Positions 58,055-64,000 of a DNA stretch of 64,000 nucleotides are shown here, in pieces. This DNA comes from Planctomycetota bacterium (GTDB taxonomy: Bacteria; Planctomycetota; UBA8108; SXIK01): NCBI GenBank assembly GCA_965223265.1, contig OZ244999.1, forward strand, positions 2,976,001 through 3,040,000, read 5' to 3'. The notes under the pieces are model-generated. The model saw nothing but the letters and a program-made list of their open reading frames with translations. It did not search any database and was not told the origin of the DNA. Position numbers and translations under genes: made by a program. The stretch's first letter is position 1; each line of letters opens with the position of its first letter.

Positions 58055-59134
58055 CTAGCAAACCATCAGCGGCTTGATCGCGTTGCCTTCGCGATCGCGT
58101 ACCTTACGGATCGACTCTGCGAGGTCGTCCAGTGCGAACGTGTAACTCTGCACGGCTTGCACGTTAACCTTGCCGCTGTGGATGAGATCGACCGCCTCTG
58201 GCCAGGTGTCTGGCGCCAGCCATGAGTAACGGATCGTACGATCCATGAGCATACAGTCCATGGCGGGGAGCGTGTGCACGTCGTTGTCCCCCGGAAGACC
58301 AAAGATGACGACGGTTGAATGGCGGCCTGTCGTTGCAATCGCCTGGTCGATGGCAGCGATTGCGCTCGTGGCCGCGATGGCGCGGTCGGCCAGCTCGCCG
58401 TCGTTCGCGTCCTTGATCGTCTGCGCCAGATCTTTCGTATAGTGCGGTGAACTCGAGTCCTTGGTGTTGACGACGAGGTCCGCACCCAGCTCTTTGCCAA
58501 CGTCGAGCCGCGCGTCGCGTGTACCAACTAGGCAGACTTTGCCGGCGCCGTAGATTTTGGCCATCTGCACCATCATGAGGCCGATGGGGCCAGGGCCGAA
58601 GATGGTGACGAAGTTGCCGGGCTCGATGTTGAGGTTGCGCACAGCGTAGAGGCCGCACGCCAAAGGCTCGGTAGAGGCAGCCAAGGTCAGGTCCATGTCC
58701 TTCGGCACCTTCACGGTCCAGAACCAGTGGGAGTTGCAGTACTCGGCGAAGCCGCCGTTGACGGAGACGCCGACGACCGTGCCGAGGTCGACGTTCGACA
58801 GACCGCGTTTGGTCCAGGGCGAGTTCGGGTCCGATTGCACCGGGTTGACGACGACTGGATCACCGACCTCGAAACCGCCCTTCTGAGCGGCGACATCGCC
58901 GACCCTGACGACGGTGCCGGAGAGCTCGTGGCCGAGAACGAGGGGGCCCTTGCCCGACTCGGTGCCGAGAGAACTCTTGCCAAAGTAGTACGCCACGTCG
59001 GAGCCACAAATCCCAGTGGAATGAACCTTTACGAGGACGTCCTCGGGGCCAGTCTCAGGCACGGGCACGTTCTCGAGGGACATTTTCTCCGGCTCGTAAA
59101 AGATCTGCGCCTTCATCGTCGTGGGTACGGACAT
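58055..59134 (-). CDS. MDR-family (sorbitol/threonine dehydrogenase-like) zinc dehydrogenase lacking the structural-zinc cysteines
   Basis: GICGSD, LGHE, GGFAEY, EPLAC and GPGPIG motifs. Confidence 0.88.
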   Translation of the reverse strand: MSVPTTMKAQIFYEPEKMSLENVPVPETGPEDVLVKVHSTGICGSDVAYYFGKSSLGTESGKGPLVLGHELSGTVVRVGDVAAQKGGFEVGDPVVVNPVQSDPNSPWTKRGLSNVDLGTVVGVSVNGGFAEYCNSHWFWTVKVPKDMDLTLAASTEPLACGLYAVRNLNIEPGNFVTIFGPGPIGLMMVQMAKIYGAGKVCLVGTRDARLDVGKELGADLVVNTKDSSSPHYTKDLAQTIKDANDGELADRAIAATSAIAAIDQAIATTGRHSTVVIFGLPGDNDVHTLPAMDCMLMDRTIRYSWLAPDTWPEAVDLIHSGKVNVQAVQSYTFALDDLAESIRKVRDREGNAIKPLMVC

Positions 59135-59521
59135 GAGAACACTCCTTGAGGCGAAAAGATTGCGTTTGGGTGCAGAGGGAGTGCGTCGCGGCTGCCGGCC
59201 TGCGGCGGCGCTGCGAAGCGAGGTTTCGGTATCTTAATCCTCGAGTTGTGGCCGGCGCAAGCGTCGGCGGGGAACTCTTGGTGCCCGCTCTTCGTTTGAC
59301 GATCGGGTAAGTCTCAACGGTTCGGTGCGCTGGGTGCCGGCGTGAATCTCTTGCGGGGGCTGGTCGGCCTGGCGACGAGTGCATCGACCTTTCGCATTCA
59401 GCTTGATTGACGGGACTGTGGGAACTTGGGGACGGCGACGCCGCCGGCAATGGACGGAGCGGGTCGGGGTCTCTGCGCTCAGCTCGAACGGCGTTACGAA
59501 GGAGTTCCGAAGGAGGTCGCT

Positions 59522-60362
59522 ATGCTCACCAGCTTGCGTTTTGCTGTCGCGTTCGCGTCCGTTTTCACCGTCGTGACCACGATCGAGTCAGCCGAGGCCG
59601 GGCTTCTGCCTGCGCCGCCGTCGGCCCTCGAGGCGACTGAGCAGCAGTTCGGGGTTCAGCTCGAGTGGGCGCCAAGCGCTGGCGAACGGATCGTTGGTTA
59701 CAATATCTATCGCTCGGTGGTGTCGACGAATGCGGACCCCGCCGCGCGCATCAATGCAGAACCCGTCTCGGGCACTGAACTAGCAGCCCGTTGAAAAAGT
59801 CATTCGGCCGAGAAACCGGCCTCTTCACGCCCAGATCGACCGCGTCAATACTCGAAAATCTCGGAGATTACCTGCGTTTGCCGCGGCCGATCTGGACGCG
59901 AAGAGACCAGTTTTCGGCTCGAAGCACTTTTTCAACAGGCTGCTAGTCGACGATGGCGTTTTCGTCGGCGCTTTTTTCTGCTATACGGTCCGCGCCGTCA
60001 CTGCCGAAGGGATCGAGAGCGTGGATTCCAACGAGGCGTGTTCATCGTTTCTTCCCAACGCCTTTGGCTTTTTCAAGCGCGGCGACGTGGACGGGAGTGG
60101 AGAGCTCGACATCAGCGATGCCATCGCCACGCTGAATCACCTGTTCCTCGGCACGTTTCAGCCGGACTGTCTTGACGCCGTGGATTTCAATGACAGCGGT
60201 GACATCGACATCAGCGACGCCGTCGCAAGTCTTGAATACCAGTTCTTGGGCAAGGCGCCGCCGCCGGAGCCGGGCGCCGCGGTTTGCGGTTTCGATCCGA
60301 CGCCGGACGGCGACATTGAGCTCGGCTGCAACTTTCACATCTGTGAGCAGCTCGGGACTTAG
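59522..60362 (+). pseudogene. Secreted FN3 plus dockerin-like protein interrupted by MITE A
   Basis: Removing the 159-bp element and one CTAG restores a single 225-aa frame: ...GYNIYRS...GTEL|VDDG...YTVRAVTAEGIESVDSNE...KRGDVDGSGELDISD. AGGAGG precedes the ATG. Confidence 0.9.
59784..59942. mobile_element. MITE family A full copy (159 bp) with a CTAG target duplication
   Basis: CTAG at 59780-59783 and 59943-59946; near-identical to 46765-46923. Confidence 0.93.
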
Positions 60363-60505
60363 CGCGCGGCAAGCGGCGCGTGTTTCCTCTCGACGCGCCG
60401 ATTTCTCCACAGCCCGGACGCGAAATGGGCCGCACGACCGTTTTCCCGGTTGCCCTGGCCCATCCGCACGTGTTAGATGTTCCGCCGCAAACTGCGGTTG
60501 CCTGT

Positions 60506-60587
60506 GCGAGAGTGGCGGAACTGGCAGACGCGCAGGATTTAGGATCCTGTACCGAAAGGTGTGGGGGTTCGACTCCCCCCTCTCGCA
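60506..60587 (+). tRNA. tRNA-Leu (anticodon TAG), CCA not encoded
   Basis: Acceptor GCGAGAG/CTCTCGC, D arm TGGCGGAACTGGCAGACGC, anticodon arm CAGGA-TTTAGGA-TCCTG, long variable arm and T arm GGGGGTTCGACTCCCCC. Confidence 0.96.
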
Positions 60588-60775
60588 TATCAGTACACCG
60601 AAAAGATTTGTGACAAATCCGCGACTTTACTGACGGCAAAAAGTTGCCGTACTGACACCTCGATGTCTACCCTTACTGACGCCTCGTGGCCAGGCGTCGA
60701 CCCGGTTCCCTCCGTCGGTACCTACGTTCCGTGACGACTTGATGGTACACTCACAAGTTATCAGGAGGTTCTGTG

Positions 60776-60985
60776 ATGAGTCCCACCCCAGTTGATGTCG
60801 AGCTGACGCAGGACGAGATCGTCCAGCGGATCGAAGAGCAGGCACAGCAGAGACGTCACATTTCTGCACAAGAGATGGTCGACGCATTCAAAGCGGGGCG
60901 CCTTGATAACCCCGGCGCGGTCATTGACCTCCTGTCGCTCGCCGGCATGCTCGACACGGACCATCCGCTTTATGTCGAGCCTTGA
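60776..60985 (+). CDS. Small acidic hypothetical protein, antitoxin-like
   Basis: AGGAGG Shine-Dalgarno; 69 aa, acidic and helical; stop overlaps the next start (TTGA). Confidence 0.7.
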   Translation: MSPTPVDVELTQDEIVQRIEEQAQQRRHISAQEMVDAFKAGRLDNPGAVIDLLSLAGMLDTDHPLYVEP

Positions 60986-61635
60986 TCGAGCCCGACTCGG
61001 CGGCCAAATACCTCTCTGACGCGAAGACGCTCACTGAACGTTTCAAAGAGGGCACGAAGGACTCAGCGAGAGCGTTTGGGGAGCTCGTGCAGTTGTGGCT
61101 GAATCTCACCGTGCTGAAGGAAGGGCAGTCCGTCCGGTTCTTCAGCCGCAAGGATAGGGATCGGAAGAAGGCTGGAGACGTCTTCGTTGTGTCGGGACAC
61201 GACATGGAGCCGCTTCGACTCAGGGACGATCGATATCTCTGGCTGAACTTTGAGCTTTTCTTGGAAAAGAAGCCGGGTAAGGGAAGGCGGCTCAAAGTGG
61301 CCAACTCCGTGGCGTGGTACTCAGTGGATCGGGAGCGAAAACGTCGCATCTTTCGATACGAGTACATACGGGAGCCAGACCACCAGTACGCTGGAAGCCA
61401 CCTCCACATCCACGGCACGCTCGACGAGCGGGACGTCTTGCCTGAGGATAAGCCTCTCTACAAGGTTCACTTTCCGACGTCGCGAGTCTCGCTCGAGGCG
61501 GTCATTCGCCTCCTCGTCGAGGACTTCGGTGTGCCTACAAACACAGATCCGAACGTGTGGCGCCCCGTGCTCGCGTGGACGGAGGAGGAATTCCGCAAGA
61601 TCAAGCACGAGCAGATCTCCGGCCCGAGACGATAA
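60982..61635 (+). CDS. Hypothetical protein with an RYEY...SHLHIHG...HFP motif, toxin-like
   Basis: 217-aa ORF translationally coupled to the upstream gene; basic, with a His cluster. Confidence 0.72.
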   Translation: MIEPDSAAKYLSDAKTLTERFKEGTKDSARAFGELVQLWLNLTVLKEGQSVRFFSRKDRDRKKAGDVFVVSGHDMEPLRLRDDRYLWLNFELFLEKKPGKGRRLKVANSVAWYSVDRERKRRIFRYEYIREPDHQYAGSHLHIHGTLDERDVLPEDKPLYKVHFPTSRVSLEAVIRLLVEDFGVPTNTDPNVWRPVLAWTEEEFRKIKHEQISGPRR

Positions 61636-62482
61636 CTGCAGTCGCTCACCTGCCATCGAAGCAGTGCCGACCCTTGCGACGCTCCTCGATCAGCTCCGCC
61701 GCCCGGCGCAAAACGATGGTCGCGATCAGAGCCTGATCATCATCATCGAACAGCGCCGCGATCGCCGCCGCCTGCTTGGCGACGTACTTGGTGTGATGCG
61801 CGTATAGGATGAGGTATCCGATGACCGATCGGCTGTCCGAGATTCGTGAGTGAAGCGCACGGCCACGACCGCGAGTCATCAGTTCGGAGACGTTCGGCAC
61901 GTGGGAGCTTGGCCGGTTCGGAGGTACGATGAGGAAATGAACGACCATTAACCCGACCCGTGAGTAAGGGGGTACCCCGGTGAAGCGCGATTTCACAGTT
62001 TCGCTGAGCCTCATCCCGATCATCATGGTGATTGCACTTCGCGCTGCCGGCGTGGTGTCCGAAACCATCACGTCTGACGATCCGCGTTGGGTGCACGTGG
62101 TTTTTTGGGTATTCGCGGTCGCGGTCCTCCGCGCCATGACCGAACGCTCGCCGACTGTGCTCCTCACCACAGCGTCTGCAAGACACGTGGATTTGCAGAG
62201 TGTGGATTTCAGGCTCCGCACCGCATGGGGAACAGACGAGTTTCCAGAAGTGAATGAGGACGGCCGAGGGTCTTTTGCGGCCTTGGGATGGGTTTTCGTT
62301 CCGCCGAGAAAAAGTAGGTTAGTCGCTAAGCTGCCAGAGAAACCAAACCAACGTCGCAAGTCCGAATACAATCGCGAGGCCAAGAACTGCGAACGCAGCA
62401 ACGACGACGCTGTACTCTTCTGTGCTTTCGGGGGACTTGAGCCTGGATGTCGATGCCATGAACTGCTCCTACTGATTTGAAC

Positions 62483-62944
62483 CTAGTCGCGTTGCAGAAC
62501 CCACAGGAAGTTGTCAGTGTCATCCTTCGATTCGATGGCGACCGGCCGCTTCCCGCCTGCTACGTTGCTTACGCAGATCCGGAGCATGTCTCGGTTGAGG
62601 TCGTAGACCCCGAGATGCGAGTCGCCATTGGGCAGGATCATATCGAACCACCCGGGCTGGTGGTTTTCATTCAGTTGGTACACGCAAGTCTCATTGGGCT
62701 CGTCAGTCGGGAAGTGCCGGACTTTTTCGCCGTCGAAGCTGCAGTAGCGTGGGTGACTCAATGTAACGGTCTCACCGTCCTGTATCATCAAAACGGTTTT
62801 CCACTTCCCCTGGATCCTGTCTGCGTCGCTTCGGTGAATCCATCGCTGCAAGATGTTTCCCCGCAAGCTCGCCATCGCCGCCACCAGCACGACCACGGCA
62901 CTCGTAGCTAGCAAGATCGCGATCGTCTTTCCACGGTGCCTCAT
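62483..62944 (-). CDS. TIGR03067-like planctomycete domain protein with an N-terminal membrane anchor
   Basis: DRIQGKWK...DG, FDGEK, GVYDLNRDMLRICV and KRP motifs. Confidence 0.75.
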   Translation of the reverse strand: MRHRGKTIAILLATSAVVVLVAAMASLRGNILQRWIHRSDADRIQGKWKTVLMIQDGETVTLSHPRYCSFDGEKVRHFPTDEPNETCVYQLNENHQPGWFDMILPNGDSHLGVYDLNRDMLRICVSNVAGGKRPVAIESKDDTDNFLWVLQRD

Positions 62945-63242
62945 GGCGTCACCGTACGCGTTGGAACGGTGGGATGCAACATGCGGACTCACTTGCGTCG
63001 GATGAACGCCACGTCTCACCTCCGGTATCCATCACGCCGGTAGAGCCGATCCTCCTCGCGCCGGTAGGCGGTCTCCATCCATCTCTCTTTCGACGACCGA
63101 CGTCAACCAGTCACGCTTCGCTGCTGTGGGTAGACCTTGCAGCGAGTCTTCCCCACGGTTGATCGTCTCTATTCTTTCACTTGGAGTCAATCAGACGGGT
63201 GCGAAAAACGCGTTCTCCGGATCCATGAACTACAGGATGTAC

Positions 63243-63653
63243 TCAGTGCTCGCCACCCGCGTAGATCCACATCGACTCCGTACGCCCAGCTTTCTTGAAG
63301 CCGCACCTTTTGTAAAACTCGATGGCGTCGCCGTCCGCGATGAGAACGTGCTGGTGGAAGCCGGCGTATCTCTGCTTCAAGATTTCCATGATGCGGCGTC
63401 CGATGCCCTTGCCTTGATACTCGGGCAGTACCAGCAAGTGGGGGTAGTACACGACCAAGGAGCCATCTGAGATCGCGTTGCCCAGACCGACGAGTTGACC
63501 CTCGTCCCATGCGGATACCAGCGCGTGCGAGTTCGCCAGCGCGCTTGCGAGGGCTTCGGGATGGTTCGCGGCGGACCAGTCGTTCGCCTGGTAGAGACGC
63601 AGAACGCTGTCGCGCGGGAGGTCGTGGGATTCCCTGTAGTCGATGCTTGCCAT
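63243..63653 (-). CDS. GNAT family N-acetyltransferase
   Basis: LLVLPEYQGKGIGR acetyl-CoA motif and FYKRCGF. Confidence 0.92.
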   Translation of the reverse strand: MASIDYRESHDLPRDSVLRLYQANDWSAANHPEALASALANSHALVSAWDEGQLVGLGNAISDGSLVVYYPHLLVLPEYQGKGIGRRIMEILKQRYAGFHQHVLIADGDAIEFYKRCGFKKAGRTESMWIYAGGEH

Positions 63654-63826
63654 GGGCTTTACTCCAAGGTGAGGAGTCGCGACTCCGCGGACTGTGCAAC
63701 TACTGCATTCGCCCGGGGTCGCGAGATCAGCGGCCGAGTCTCGTCGTCCCGGAGAATGAAGTCGCCGACGCGCGCCGGGGGTGTGTTATGCTACGCCTCA
63801 ACGACTCGAAGGCGAAGGAACGAAAA

Positions 63827-64000
63827 ATGATACGTAAGATGATACGCAATTTGACGCTGAACCTCTCCATGCTCCTCACTGTCGCGGTGGTCGATCTCTA
63901 CGCGACCAATGACCCCGCACAATCGCTGCGCGAGAGCTATCTAGGCGCGGGTGGACTTCCGAGCGAGCAGGCTTATCTCGAGCGGCATGGCCTTGCCCCC
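63827..64000 (+). CDS. Partial hypothetical protein, possibly exported, running off the window
   Basis: Open frame MIRKMIRNLTLNLSMLLTVAVVDLYA... after an AAGGA site; only 58 codons are visible. Confidence 0.45.
   Translation, partial: MIRKMIRNLTLNLSMLLTVAVVDLYATNDPAQSLRESYLGAGGLPSEQAYLERHGLAP

Noticed and set aside
59426-60362. Two independent small genes (59426-59794 and 60021-60362)
   Set aside because: They are halves of one gene split by the MITE.
60584-60590. tRNA pseudogene because CCA is missing
   Set aside because: Many bacteria add CCA post-transcriptionally, and all stems are intact.

Overview
A GC-rich bacterial chromosomal window, most likely Planctomycetota. The lineage call is inferred from a TIGR03067-like protein, PVC-type CxxCH propeller proteins, a DUF6807/PmoA-like protein, dockerin-like tags and a GTAG-type REP. 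Housekeeping genes: a split his cluster with an in-frame hisD-hisC fusion, queE, thiI, glpD, archease-rtcB, two pentein-family arginine/citrulline hydrolases, typA, glnS and tRNA-Leu(TAG). Accessory genes: a porin/FMN-bind-ApbE/BNR flavinylation operon behind a tandem operator, secreted dockerin-tagged proteins, heme-bearing propeller dehydrogenases and a sugar or amino-sugar catabolic cluster. The non-coding DNA is unusually structured. Three families of fold-back MITE-like elements mostly sit in YTAG sites, stack on one another, and in one case disrupt an FN3-dockerin gene. A 1.1-kb array holds nine head-to-tail GTAG hairpins separated by variable hexamer cassettes; it is not a CRISPR. There is also an orphan minus-strand terminator (candidate sRNA) and a candidate toxin-antitoxin or defence pair right after the tRNA. 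All family assignments come from motif recognition by eye; no database search was run.
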